A stretch of DNA of 64,000 bases from Spirochaetia bacterium (GTDB lineage: Bacteria; Spirochaetota; Spirochaetia; CADAEX01): NCBI GenBank assembly GCA_963662795.1, contig OY759746.1, positions 1,280,001-1,344,000 on the forward strand, in the 5' to 3' direction. Numbering within the stretch: position 1 is the stretch's first letter; the number at the start of each line of letters is the position of its first letter. The translations under genes were made by a program, and so were the position numbers. Positions 1 through 9,212 of the stretch are shown piece by piece. The notes under the pieces were generated by a model. It saw only the letters and a list, made by a program, of their open reading frames with translations, was not told where the DNA came from and did not search any database.

Positions 1-1
1 A

Positions 2-175
2 GAGCGGCCCGAGGGCAAGAGCAAGAGCGCACCAGAGGGACGAGTGGTAATGCATAATTCTCCTTCTTCTGTCAAAAGGAGCGGTAAGGATAAAGAGGGC
101 AAGCTGGAAAGGGAAAAACATAACAAAGCACATTACAATTTCAAACCAGGTAAGAAGCGACAATAAAACAACCAA
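2..175 (-). CDS. Probable 1-acyl-sn-glycerol-3-phosphate (lysophospholipid) acyltransferase family protein; 5' part only, runs off the window edge
   Basis: Not in the ORF track. TTG at 175 preceded by AAGGAG; translates MVVLLSLLTWFEIVMCFVMFFPFQLALFILTAPFDRRRRIMHYHSSLWCALALALGPL, open to the edge. The hydrophobic N-terminus followed by 'PFDRRR' resembles PlsC-like N-termini; the catalytic motif is outside the window. Confidence 0.55.
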   Translation of the reverse strand, partial: MVVLLSLLTWFEIVMCFVMFFPFQLALFILTAPFDRRRRIMHYHSSLWCALALALGPL

Positions 176-515
176 GGGATTCTCCTTGCCTTCCGGAAAC
201 GCAAAAGCATAACGCAGGGCCATTGTCCGGCGATTCTGCTGAAGATACTGATGCAAATACCTGGAAAACATTTTTAATTCAGGAATATGTCACACTGCCG
301 TGAAGCGGTATGCTGTAACCTGATTTTAAAAATATAATACCATATAAAAAGGGATTTAATAAACCTTTTAAAAAGATGGGCCCTGCAGAGGCAGGAAAAA
401 TTAAAAAGAAATAAAGGGTCTGTCAGCTTCCCCTGAAACTGGGCAACACCCCTGTATCCAGCAGTGCAGAACCGGATTCTCCCCTGCGCAGGCGTCCCGG
501 CAGGCTGCTTAACAG

Positions 516-551
516 AAAAAACCCCCGGATCAGATTTCCTCACCGGGGGTT
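516..551 (-). terminator. Second intrinsic-terminator-like hairpin downstream of the BMP gene
   Basis: AACCCCCGG (520-528) / CCGGGGGTT (543-551) inverted repeat with a T-run on the minus strand. Confidence 0.5.
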
Positions 552-559
552 CATATATT

Positions 560-602
560 AAAAATCCCGGCCTGATTTAATTATCAGCCGGAGACTTTTT
601 TT
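560..602. terminator. Probably bidirectional intrinsic terminator after the BMP gene
   Basis: CCGG(C)CTGAT / ATCAGCCGG stem, with an A-run on the left and a T-run on the right, immediately after the stop at 613. Confidence 0.65.
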
Positions 603-612
603 ATATTTCTGA

Positions 613-1812
613 TCAGTTGGTCTTGGGAAGCTTTGACGCAACATTATCTGCAAAATACATTATGTTGAGGAGATGGGCTTTATCTCCCTTTTCCCCTTCC
701 TTGATCTGGACATTTCCTTCGTTATCAACGATCGGGCCTGTAAAGGGCTCAAATTCAACAGGTGATTTTTCCATCTGGGCAAGTCTTTTTTCAACAAGGT
801 CATATATGCTGATTTCACCGAATTCCTTGCTTTGTGTTTTCACCGCCTGGAGGTCATCAACAAATTTGGAATTGATTTTTTCATCAAAAGTCCCGCCGAG
901 AGCTACAGCTTTTTCAGCAACAAGCCACCAGAGGTCCTCATTTGTCCATGTTCCGTCATAGATATCCTTAAGTGTTTTTTCATACATTACACCCCAGTCG
1001 GCAAGCTGTCCGGAAACAACACTGTCTTTTCCGTATTCCTGCATCGGGCTGTAGTGGCTGAATGTGTAAATCTGGTTTCCTTTTTCTGTGTGTTCCTGTC
1101 CAACTTCAATAACAGCAGGTGTATCTTCTGTAAAAGCAAGAGTATCGCATCCTTCGGCTATAAGGGCTTCCGCAGCTTCACGTGCCTTGTCAGGGCCATA
1201 CCACGCATAGGTCCACTTTACATATACCTTTGCATTGGGATTTACTTCCTTGATACCGATGGAGAACGCTGCGATGTGCCTGTAAAGTTCAGGAATCGGG
1301 AACGCTGCTACATAGCCGATTTTATCGCTTTTTGTAAGGGCAGCCGCCATAAGTCCGTTAAGGTAGTACATCTGATAGAGATCGCCGAAATATGTTCCGA
1401 CGTTTGCGCTCTGCTTAAAACCCGAGCAGTGCATGAATTTTGTGTCTGGATATTTTTCACCGGCCTTGATTGTGTCATCCATGTATCCAAAGCTTGTAGT
1501 AAAAACAACATCACATTTTTCTTCCTGGACAAGCCTGTCGATAATTCTCAGGCTGTCTGATTCAGCAACACTTTCAACATATACTGTTTCAAGCCAGGGG
1601 AATTTGCTCTCAGCGTATTTTCTCCCTACATCGTGGGCATGGGAAAAACCGTAATCGCCTACAGGCCCTACATAAACAAATCCAGCTTTTATCTTTTTCT
1701 CAGCTGCAGTGTCTTCTTTTGCGGTTTTGCTGCAGCCTGTGATAAGAGCGAGGCTAAAAACGGCAATCAGTACAATTATGACTGTACTTATTCTTTTACC
1801 GGGTTTCATCAA
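613..1812 (-). CDS. BMP family ABC transporter substrate-binding lipoprotein (PnrA/TmpC/Med-like, probably nucleoside-binding)
   Basis: Lipobox-like ITGC after a signal peptide; GFVYVGPVGDYGFSHAHDVGR, TTSFGYMD and IGYVAAFPIPE motifs. Confidence 0.9.
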   Translation of the reverse strand: MMKPGKRISTVIIVLIAVFSLALITGCSKTAKEDTAAEKKIKAGFVYVGPVGDYGFSHAHDVGRKYAESKFPWLETVYVESVAESDSLRIIDRLVQEEKCDVVFTTSFGYMDDTIKAGEKYPDTKFMHCSGFKQSANVGTYFGDLYQMYYLNGLMAAALTKSDKIGYVAAFPIPELYRHIAAFSIGIKEVNPNAKVYVKWTYAWYGPDKAREAAEALIAEGCDTLAFTEDTPAVIEVGQEHTEKGNQIYTFSHYSPMQEYGKDSVVSGQLADWGVMYEKTLKDIYDGTWTNEDLWWLVAEKAVALGGTFDEKINSKFVDDLQAVKTQSKEFGEISIYDLVEKRLAQMEKSPVEFEPFTGPIVDNEGNVQIKEGEKGDKAHLLNIMYFADNVASKLPKTN

Positions 1813-1883
1813 TTATTTCTCCTTTTTTTGTGTATATGACAGGCTAAAGCGACAGAGCCCTCTTTGTCAATATCATTCCCTTT

Positions 1884-3908
1884 TCAGTGCCTGTTTCCAA
1901 TAACAACACTGCTGAAAATTTCATTATTCAGGTAATCGTATCCCGCATAAGCGGTAAAAAAGAGGGAGGTAAGACCTATGAACGAAATATTGAGGTCAAT
2001 GGAAAGTCCTGAGGAAAAGCCGCCTTTATCTGTTTCAAAATAATCACAGAATGCAGATGCGGCAAAATCCTTCACAAGGAGGATTTCCCCGAAGGAGAGC
2101 GCTGTCCCGGTTCTGAAAGTAAGGCTGTTGTTTGTAACCAGAACCCTCTCAAAACTCCCTTCCCTTGTGTATCCGCGAAGGCCGTCGTTTTTATATAGCG
2201 AGATAAGCTCTTCCTGGTCAAAAGGGACTCTGAGAACTGATCTCTGGTCAATATAGAATTTCCCTATGGTTTTTATTTTAAAATCATTTTCAATTCCGGC
2301 TCCGACTGTATTCTGATACTGATTAAACCAGTAAGGTGAGATAAAATAATCCCCGGCGTAAAAATTACAGCCTCCCCTTGTAAACCCCTCCTGAAGCTCA
2401 GGATCCCTCTCCCTTGAATACAGCTCCTCACTTACGGCAAAAAGGCGAAAACCTTTTTCTCCGTCATCTGTTATATTCAAATCCGCCCTGTTGTAAATAA
2501 GGGTTTTATCATAGCTGAAATCTTCCCAGCCGGCTGTAATCCTGTTTTTAAATACAAGCATGCCGAATACTGCAAAATCCGCTCTTGCGTCAAGGCCGTA
2601 CTGATCGTCAGGCGACCAGTACTCCCTTATCCCGGCCTGAAAATATCCAAGTTCAGCGGACTGCCCGAGAAAAAGATAGTTTGAATCATCAAGATAATAA
2701 TCATCCCTGATTCCTCCGTACATATCAAAGCCGGCATACATTCTTCCCGATATTTCCTTCTGTGGGATTATTCCTGTTCTTTTATATTCTCTGGTTATCA
2801 CTTCAAACCTATCTTCAAGATCACGGCGCTTATCCTGAAGGGTTTCAAGTCTTTTATTGTCCCATGTAATGCCCTGCCTGAAACCCTTTTCTTCAAGCAG
2901 CGCCGCCGCCTTATCCGCAGACTCATATCCCCTGTCAATTATGGTTTCAATTTTCTGAAAATCCATAAATGAAAAATTTTCAACATCACAGCGGATAAGC
3001 ACGGTATCAGTATTTTTAAGCTGCCCTATCCCTTTTCTTGTTTTACCGATGTCAAAGGCCCTGTTTATTATTGTTACAAAGTTTCTGTAATCGTTATCAC
3101 GGTTATAGAAGGCGGTCGAGACGATAATTCTGTCTGTATATTCTGATGCCGCATCAACCGGGGTTAGATTTGTGACCCCCCCGTCAATCAGTGTCATTCC
3201 GTTGTATCTTACAGGCGGAAAGCTGAACGGCATGGAGATGCTGGCCTGCATTATCTGATAAAAATCACCTTCCATAAAAATAATCTGCCGCCTGGTTTCG
3301 AGGTCTTCTGAAATTATCGCGACAGGTATTTCGAGATCTTTAAGATCAAGCTCCCCGAAAAGCCTGTAAAGCTGCGAAATGTATCTGCTTGTGTCAAGAA
3401 CTCCCCCGTTCAGGGGAATTTCGGGGCGGAAAAGAGCGTCCGAAGGATATTCAGTAATAATTTTTTCAATTAAATCGGGGGATGCCCCTGCAGCGTAAAG
3501 AAGCGCGACTATGGAACCCATGGAGTTAGCGACAATAAAGTCAGGGATTATCCCTTCCTCTTCGAGCCGCCTGAGCACACCTATGTGGGCAAAAGCGCGG
3601 GCCGCCCCGCCGGAAAAAACAAGCCCGATCGGTTTTTCACTGCTTCCCGATGAAAGCGGTGTTTCCGGGTGTCTTTCTGATATCCTTTTTACAAACTGTT
3701 CCCTGCCGAAGTAAACGGGAACATCTGTCATGAAGAGCGGATCTTCTGATTGAGACTGCGCGGGAGAGGCTAAAAGTGTTTCTGAAACGGATTCCGAAGA
3801 ATTCGGCAAAGCCTGCGCGGATGGGGAATCCTCCAGGGCATAAAGCGGCGATAAAAAAAAGAGAGGCAGAACACTTGCGGAAAAGAATAATATAAAAAAC
3901 TTTTTCAT
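1884..3908 (-). CDS. Patatin-like phospholipase with signal peptide and probable C-terminal beta-barrel (PlpD-like architecture)
   Basis: SGGAARAFAHIG oxyanion block, ANSMG nucleophile elbow, DGG motif; C-terminal half rich in alternating aromatic beta-strand patterns. Confidence 0.8.
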   Translation of the reverse strand: MKKFFILFFSASVLPLFFLSPLYALEDSPSAQALPNSSESVSETLLASPAQSQSEDPLFMTDVPVYFGREQFVKRISERHPETPLSSGSSEKPIGLVFSGGAARAFAHIGVLRRLEEEGIIPDFIVANSMGSIVALLYAAGASPDLIEKIITEYPSDALFRPEIPLNGGVLDTSRYISQLYRLFGELDLKDLEIPVAIISEDLETRRQIIFMEGDFYQIMQASISMPFSFPPVRYNGMTLIDGGVTNLTPVDAASEYTDRIIVSTAFYNRDNDYRNFVTIINRAFDIGKTRKGIGQLKNTDTVLIRCDVENFSFMDFQKIETIIDRGYESADKAAALLEEKGFRQGITWDNKRLETLQDKRRDLEDRFEVITREYKRTGIIPQKEISGRMYAGFDMYGGIRDDYYLDDSNYLFLGQSAELGYFQAGIREYWSPDDQYGLDARADFAVFGMLVFKNRITAGWEDFSYDKTLIYNRADLNITDDGEKGFRLFAVSEELYSRERDPELQEGFTRGGCNFYAGDYFISPYWFNQYQNTVGAGIENDFKIKTIGKFYIDQRSVLRVPFDQEELISLYKNDGLRGYTREGSFERVLVTNNSLTFRTGTALSFGEILLVKDFAASAFCDYFETDKGGFSSGLSIDLNISFIGLTSLFFTAYAGYDYLNNEIFSSVVIGNRH

Positions 3909-3950
3909 CTGTTCACCGCCTGTCCGGTTCCATACCGCAGAATTTCCAGC

Positions 3951-5159
3951 CTATTTTTCAATTTCAAAAAGCCTGTAAAGAAGTGATAACGCAAATGAAA
4001 AACTTTCCTTTATGTCCGCTTTAAACATGCACGGGGCACTTTCCCCTGCCCCTGTATTCCCGTCCTTAGTGTAAAGCAAAAGAGGAACATACTCCCGTGT
4101 GTGGTCTGTCCCTTTAAACGAGGGGTCGCATCCGTGGTCCGCTGTTACGATCAGCGAATCCCCTTTATCAAGTAATGAGGCGATCTCCTCAAGGCCCTTG
4201 TCCGCATCTGTTACCGCGTCAAAATATCCTTTGACATCGCGTCTGTGCCCATAATACATATCTGTATCAACAAGGTTTACAAAAATAAACCTGTCTTCAT
4301 TCTCTTTACCTGCCGGCTTATCCTTTTCCTGTGTTTCCGATAGAAGAGATAAAGTTTTCTCAAGGCAGGCCTTGTTTCCCTTGACTCCGAAGCTTTCCGA
4401 TAATCCCTGTCTGTTAAAAATATCGCCTATCTTCCCGACCCCGATTGTTTTTACCCCGGCTGCCTGCAGCCGGTCAAGCGCGGTTTTACCGGGAAGATCG
4501 ATGCTGAAGTCGTGCCTCCCCTCCGTCCTTGTAAAGCCGTCCTTTTTGTTACCTGTAAACGGCCTTGCGATAACGCGCCCCACCATGAAGGGATCGCAGA
4601 TTTTCCTTGCCTTTCTGCACATCTCATAGAGTTTTTCAGCCGGAATGACATCCTCATGAGATGCTATCTGCAGCACGGAATCGGATGACGTGTAGATGAT
4701 TGGAAATCCAGTTTCAAGGTGCTTTCCCCCGAGTTCCTTTATTATCTCTGTCCCGGATGCCGCGAAGTTGCCAAGATATCCGGAAGACACTTCCCTTAAG
4801 AAAGCATCGGTAAGTTCTTTCGGGAAGGATGGAAAATCGGGCGGAAATGTTGTAAAGGGCTTATCAAGTATTATCCCGGCAAGTTCCCAGTGGCCGGTCG
4901 TTGTATCTTTTCCCGGCGATTTTTCAGCCATTACGCAGTAGTCCGCTAACGGCGCAGAAACTGGGGGGCAGCCGGGGAGAGGATTCCCCAGTATTTCCGA
5001 AGCATTTCCAAGCCCGAGGCTCGTGAGGAACGGCCATTTTGACTCCGGTATGCTTTCACAGATGTGAAGAGCAGTATTTGCACCTTCGTCCCCGTAAAGA
5101 GGGGCATCCGGCAGGGCTCCGATTCCGAAGCTGTCGATCACAATAAGCACTACATCCAT
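3951..5159 (-). CDS. deoB: Phosphopentomutase
   Basis: IDSFGIG, GKDTTTGHWE, NLVDTDMYYGHRRD, TADHGCDP and TDHTREYVP motifs. Confidence 0.95.
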   Translation of the reverse strand: MDVVLIVIDSFGIGALPDAPLYGDEGANTALHICESIPESKWPFLTSLGLGNASEILGNPLPGCPPVSAPLADYCVMAEKSPGKDTTTGHWELAGIILDKPFTTFPPDFPSFPKELTDAFLREVSSGYLGNFAASGTEIIKELGGKHLETGFPIIYTSSDSVLQIASHEDVIPAEKLYEMCRKARKICDPFMVGRVIARPFTGNKKDGFTRTEGRHDFSIDLPGKTALDRLQAAGVKTIGVGKIGDIFNRQGLSESFGVKGNKACLEKTLSLLSETQEKDKPAGKENEDRFIFVNLVDTDMYYGHRRDVKGYFDAVTDADKGLEEIASLLDKGDSLIVTADHGCDPSFKGTDHTREYVPLLLYTKDGNTGAGESAPCMFKADIKESFSFALSLLYRLFEIEK

Positions 5160-5175
5160 AATTTACCTGTTATTT

Positions 5176-6483
5176 TTATTCCTCAATTATTGTATATATA
5201 AGAGGCAGCTCTTCCGTCTGTTCACCGGTAATTTTATATGCCGCTTTAAACAGTCTTTTCGCCTCTTCAAACCTCTCCGGATTATTTACATGAAAAACAG
5301 CAAGCTCATCCCCTTTTTTGACAAAATCCCCAAGCCGTTTTGTAAGCCATATCCCGACAGCAGGGTCTATCACATCATCTTTCGCCGCCCTGCCTGCTCC
5401 CAGCAGCATCGCGGATAAACCGATATCTGCTGTATCTATTTCATTTATAAAACCGGTTTTATCAGCTTTAACACTTATCTTTGCTTCTGCCTGTGGAAGG
5501 AGGGAGAGGTCTTCAACAACTGCGGGGTCCCCTCCCTGCGCCCTGATCATCTGCGCAAGTTTTACAAGTGCCTTGCCTGAAACCAGGGCATCCTCAACTT
5601 TTTCCATTGCTTCGCTTTCACTTGTGCATATACCTGACAATATCAGCATTCTGGCGGCAAGGGTAAACGCAATTACCTTGAGGTCGCATTCATATTTCCC
5701 CTGAAGCACCTCAACCGCTTCCCTTACCTCAAGCGCGTTTCCGACGCTGCTTCCCAGCGGCTGGTTCATATCAGTTACTATACCGACAGTTTTTCTTCCT
5801 GCAAGTTTTCCAATTTCAACCATTGCTTCGGCCAGTTTAATCGAGTCGCTTATCTTTTTCATGAACGCGCCGCTGCCTGTTTTTATATCAAGGACTATAG
5901 CGTCGCTTCCTGACGCTATTTTCTTGCTCATTATACTTGATGCGATAAGGGAAATATTATCCACAGTTCCTGTAACGTCGCGCAGCGCATAAAGTTTTTT
6001 ATCCGCCGGTACAAGAAAATTGCTCTGCCCCATAACAGAAAGGCCGATATCAGATACGTTTGAGATAAACTCTTCCATCCCGAGTTGTACCGAGAAACCC
6101 GGAATCGACTCAAGTTTATCAAGAGTCCCGCCGGTGTGGCCGAGTCCGCGTCCTGACATCTTCGCGACTTTACCTCCGCAGGCTGCGACAAGGGGGGCGG
6201 TGATCAGTGTTGTCCCGTCGCTCACCCCCCCGGTTGAATGCTTGTCCACTTTTATCCCGGGAATAGCGGAGAGGTCAATAAGATCACCCGAGTTTGCCAT
6301 GGAGAGGGTCAGATCTGCCGTCTCACGGCTGTCCATCCCCCTGAACCATATTGCCATAAGAAGGGCAGAGGCCTGATAGTCAGGAACAGTTCCGTCCACA
6401 TATCCTTTTACAAAAAAATCAATCTCTTCTCCGGAAAGGGATTCTCCCGTTTTCTTTTTGTTTATAATATCTGTTATAAGCAT
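5176..6483 (-). CDS. pdp: Pyrimidine-nucleoside/thymidine phosphorylase
   Basis: DKHSTGGV, KMSGRGLGHTGGTLDKLESIPG and SIMSKKIA motifs. Confidence 0.95.
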   Translation of the reverse strand: MLITDIINKKKTGESLSGEEIDFFVKGYVDGTVPDYQASALLMAIWFRGMDSRETADLTLSMANSGDLIDLSAIPGIKVDKHSTGGVSDGTTLITAPLVAACGGKVAKMSGRGLGHTGGTLDKLESIPGFSVQLGMEEFISNVSDIGLSVMGQSNFLVPADKKLYALRDVTGTVDNISLIASSIMSKKIASGSDAIVLDIKTGSGAFMKKISDSIKLAEAMVEIGKLAGRKTVGIVTDMNQPLGSSVGNALEVREAVEVLQGKYECDLKVIAFTLAARMLILSGICTSESEAMEKVEDALVSGKALVKLAQMIRAQGGDPAVVEDLSLLPQAEAKISVKADKTGFINEIDTADIGLSAMLLGAGRAAKDDVIDPAVGIWLTKRLGDFVKKGDELAVFHVNNPERFEEAKRLFKAAYKITGEQTEELPLIYTIIEE

Positions 6484-6489
6484 GTTTCT

Positions 6490-6518
6490 ATTTTAAAGCC
6501 AATATCATTCATTTACAA
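6490..6518 (-). promoter_or_regulatory. Sigma70-type promoter of pdp (probably leaderless mRNA)
   Basis: TTGTAA-17 bp-TAAAAT, ending 6 nt before the ATG; no Shine-Dalgarno. Confidence 0.55.
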
Positions 6519-6609
6519 TAACATATTACAGCAACAGAGTTTAAAAATTTCTGTCCGCAGGCTGTCAGCAAAGCCGGATAAGTCTTCCGGCAGATTTAAC
6601 AGGATGTTT

Positions 6610-6801
6610 TTATTTAACTTTTTCTGAGTTCTTGAAGGCAGGGCAGTTGCGGCCGGTATTTCTGAGGACAACAAGCGAAGGGAGTTCCCTGCTTTTTATG
6701 TTAAAGACAGAGCATGCCCGCGGAAACCTTTCATCCCAGGTTACCTTGAAGTAGACGCATTTGAAACAGTCCGGGGGAGAGCCATGAATTTCCACACACA
6801 A
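6610..6801 (-). CDS. Small conserved four-Cys protein (CxxC...C...C; family often labelled 'uracil-DNA glycosylase')
   Basis: CFKCVYFKVTWDERFPRACSVFNIKSRELPS...CPAF. Own promoter TTGACA-16-TACAGT with extended -10 TG at 6835-6862; hairpin GCCGGA/TCCGGC downstream at 6573-6591. Start codon uncertain. Confidence 0.7.
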   Translation of the reverse strand: MCVEIHGSPPDCFKCVYFKVTWDERFPRACSVFNIKSRELPSLVVLRNTGRNCPAFKNSEKVK

Positions 6802-6885
6802 ATAATAACAGCTGATTCACCTCTTTGCAATATTACTGTATCAGTTGAAATGATGTTGTCAAAACAGCAGGCTTTCCCCGGCAGA

Positions 6886-6913
6886 TTGACACCCGCATAA
6901 AAGCAATTACAAT
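6886..6913 (+). promoter_or_regulatory. Sigma70-type promoter of hflX, back-to-back with the promoter of the small Cys protein
   Basis: TTGACA (6886-6891)-16 bp-TACAAT (6908-6913). Confidence 0.6.
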
Positions 6914-6941
6914 TTCCTGAAATATATGATAAACACTGAAT

Positions 6942-8261
6942 GTGAGTAAAACACAGACAAATGAGACAATGGCAGAGATGGAAAAAGCCTGGCTTGTCGG
7001 AATACGGTTCCATGAAACCCGCCAGTCAGGATACAGCCAGGCAGATACAAAAGATGATGTAACAACCCACCTTGATGAGCTTAAGGCCCTTCTTGACACC
7101 CTCGAAGTCAAATCTGCAGGCAGAACAGTTGCTTCTGTTAAAAAACCTTCAGCAGCTCTGCTGCTCGGCAGCGGTAAAACAGATGAGATAATAGCACAGG
7201 CAAAAGAGGCAGAAGCCGACCTTATTGTTTTTGATGAGAACCTTTCACCGACCCAGCAAAGGAACTGGGAAAGGGCGTCCGGCTTAAAGGTGATAGACAG
7301 ACAGGAAGTCATTATTAATATTTTCGCGGACAGGGCAAGGACAAAAGAGGCCTCCCTTCAGGTTCAGCTTGCAAGCTGCCAGTATCATCTTCCCCGCCTT
7401 GCAGGCGCGTGGCAGCACCTCTCCAGACAGAGGGGAGGTTCTTATGGAACAAAGGGAGAGGGTGAAAAACAGATAGAACTTGACAAGAGGCTTCTTCTTA
7501 AAAAGATAGCAAAGCTTAAGGAAGAACTGGATGAGGTAAAAAAGCAGAGAGGAACGATGAGGAAGCTGCGAAGCGGTAAAAAACTTTTTACCTGTGCCAT
7601 TGCAGGCTATACAAATGCGGGGAAGTCCACACTCCTTAACTCCCTTACCGGTTCGGACCTTGACGCAAACAACAGGCTTTTTGACACCCTTGACCCGGCA
7701 ACCAGAAGTTTAAGACTCCCCGGCGGAAAAGAACTTATAATAACAGATACAGTAGGTTTTATAAGAAAGCTTCCCCACCAGCTTGTGGAAGCATTTAAAT
7801 CAACCCTTGAAGAAACACTTATTGCAGACCTGATTATTCTTCTGCTGGACGCTTCAAGCAGCGAAGTTAAAAACCATTATGATGCATCGATGGATGTCTT
7901 AAAGGAAATAGGGGCAGATAACAATAAAAAACTGATTGTTTTCAACAAAGTGGATTTGTGCAATGATGATATTACGCTGGCGATGCTCAGGAGAGATTTT
8001 CCAGGTTCGGTTTTTATCTCCGCAGAAAGCGGAGATAACCTGATGCAGCTTGAAAAGGAAATTGAAAATGCGGCATCCGGGAATGACAGCGGGGTTTATC
8101 TGCTTATACCGCCGTCAAAGTATCAGCTGATTCAGCTTATAAGAAAGACCGGAATACTTGTTTCGGAAGAATATACGGAAGATGGAGCTCTGATAGAAGC
8201 CGCAGTACCGGGATATATTCTCCCGCAGCTTGATCAGTATTCAATCGAAAAGCCGGAATAG
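6942..8261 (+). CDS. hflX: GTPase HflX (ribosome-splitting factor)
   Basis: LSPTQQRN, GEGEKQIELDKR, GYTNAGKST, DTVGFIRKLPH and NKVD motifs. Start may be the ATG at 6969. Confidence 0.95.
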   Translation: MSKTQTNETMAEMEKAWLVGIRFHETRQSGYSQADTKDDVTTHLDELKALLDTLEVKSAGRTVASVKKPSAALLLGSGKTDEIIAQAKEAEADLIVFDENLSPTQQRNWERASGLKVIDRQEVIINIFADRARTKEASLQVQLASCQYHLPRLAGAWQHLSRQRGGSYGTKGEGEKQIELDKRLLLKKIAKLKEELDEVKKQRGTMRKLRSGKKLFTCAIAGYTNAGKSTLLNSLTGSDLDANNRLFDTLDPATRSLRLPGGKELIITDTVGFIRKLPHQLVEAFKSTLEETLIADLIILLLDASSSEVKNHYDASMDVLKEIGADNNKKLIVFNKVDLCNDDITLAMLRRDFPGSVFISAESGDNLMQLEKEIENAASGNDSGVYLLIPPSKYQLIQLIRKTGILVSEEYTEDGALIEAAVPGYILPQLDQYSIEKPE

Positions 8262-8527
8262 ATGCCCTGGTATTCTTTTTCTCTTATATCAACAGATGAA
8301 ACCCTTGCATAGGGAGGCCCTTTTTTCAGCCATTCAATAAAAAGGGCCGCATCTTCCGCCCTTCCTTCACATTCTATTTCAACAGAACCGTCGCTGTTGT
8401 TCCTTACCCACCCGGCTATATGGTACCTGCCTGCAGCCTTGAGTGCAGAATAACGGTATCCGACTCCCTGTACAAATCCGCATATAACGATTGAATATCT
8501 TTTTTTATCATGCCGGTTTCTGTCCAT
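8234..8527 (-). CDS. acyP: Acylphosphatase
   Basis: GFVQGVGYR, GWVRNNSDGSVE and GPPYARV motifs. Confidence 0.92.
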   Translation of the reverse strand: MDRNRHDKKRYSIVICGFVQGVGYRYSALKAAGRYHIAGWVRNNSDGSVEIECEGRAEDAALFIEWLKKGPPYARVSSVDIREKEYQGIYSGFSIEY

Positions 8528-8539
8528 TAACCAATCCTG

Positions 8540-9133
8540 TCAAATCCCGGAAAATGAATTAATGAAAGCTGTTATACGCGCGTGGTCAGGCGGTTTTACC
8601 AGAATAAGATCTGCAGATCTTGCAAAATCTTCCTGCCTGTTGATGCTTTGAAGAAAAATGATTTTATAACTGCTGCCGCCCATATCAAGATCTGCCATCA
8701 TCTCCCTTACAACGGGCGGCGATATATCAGCCATGCTGTCTGAAATTATAATAAACTGCGGTTTTTCTTTTGCAATTATTACTCCGGCTTCAAAAGCCGA
8801 ACTAGCGGTAAAAACAGAACACCATGGACAGCTGCCAGTAATCTTTTCCCTGAAAAGTAAGGTTAAATCAGGATCAGCCTCTAAAATACAGATTTTTTTT
8901 TCCTTTTTTTTATCTTTTACATAGGGCAGGAGTACTTCAGGGATCTTCATCCCCCTTCCCTGAAGAAATTCAATCATATTCTCGGAATAAACCCTGTACT
9001 GCCCCCCCGGAGTGGTAAAAGCCTTAAGATAGCCGTTTTTTATCCAGTTGATTGCTGTCTGATTGACAACCCCGCACATATTCGCAACTTCCAAAGCAGA
9101 AAATATTTTAAGTTTATTTTCTCTCTTCCCCAT
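8540..9133 (-). CDS. Excisionase-like (MerR/HTH_17) DNA-binding domain plus atypical receiver-like domain
   Basis: FSALEVANMCGVVNQTAINWIKNGYLKAFTTPGGQYRV; C-terminal REC-like fold ending LVKP with a degenerate acidic pocket. Confidence 0.8.
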   Translation of the reverse strand: MGKRENKLKIFSALEVANMCGVVNQTAINWIKNGYLKAFTTPGGQYRVYSENMIEFLQGRGMKIPEVLLPYVKDKKKEKKICILEADPDLTLLFREKITGSCPWCSVFTASSAFEAGVIIAKEKPQFIIISDSMADISPPVVREMMADLDMGGSSYKIIFLQSINRQEDFARSADLILVKPPDHARITAFINSFSGI

Positions 9134-9212
9134 AACAGCCTTCCTGAATAAAATTTACATATTAGAGATTTTATCATACAATATGTTTTTCAGGAAATCA
9201 TTTTTTATAAAA

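Noticed and set aside
274-543. 89-aa minus-strand ORF
   Set aside because: Starts inside a terminator-like hairpin, has no RBS or recognisable motif, and spans the likely promoter of the downstream acyltransferase.
832-1560. 242-aa plus-strand ORF, and the many similar antisense ORFs in the track (e.g. 49763-50359, 58373-59089, 59699-60292)
   Set aside because: Shadow frames fully antisense to well-supported genes, with no motifs.
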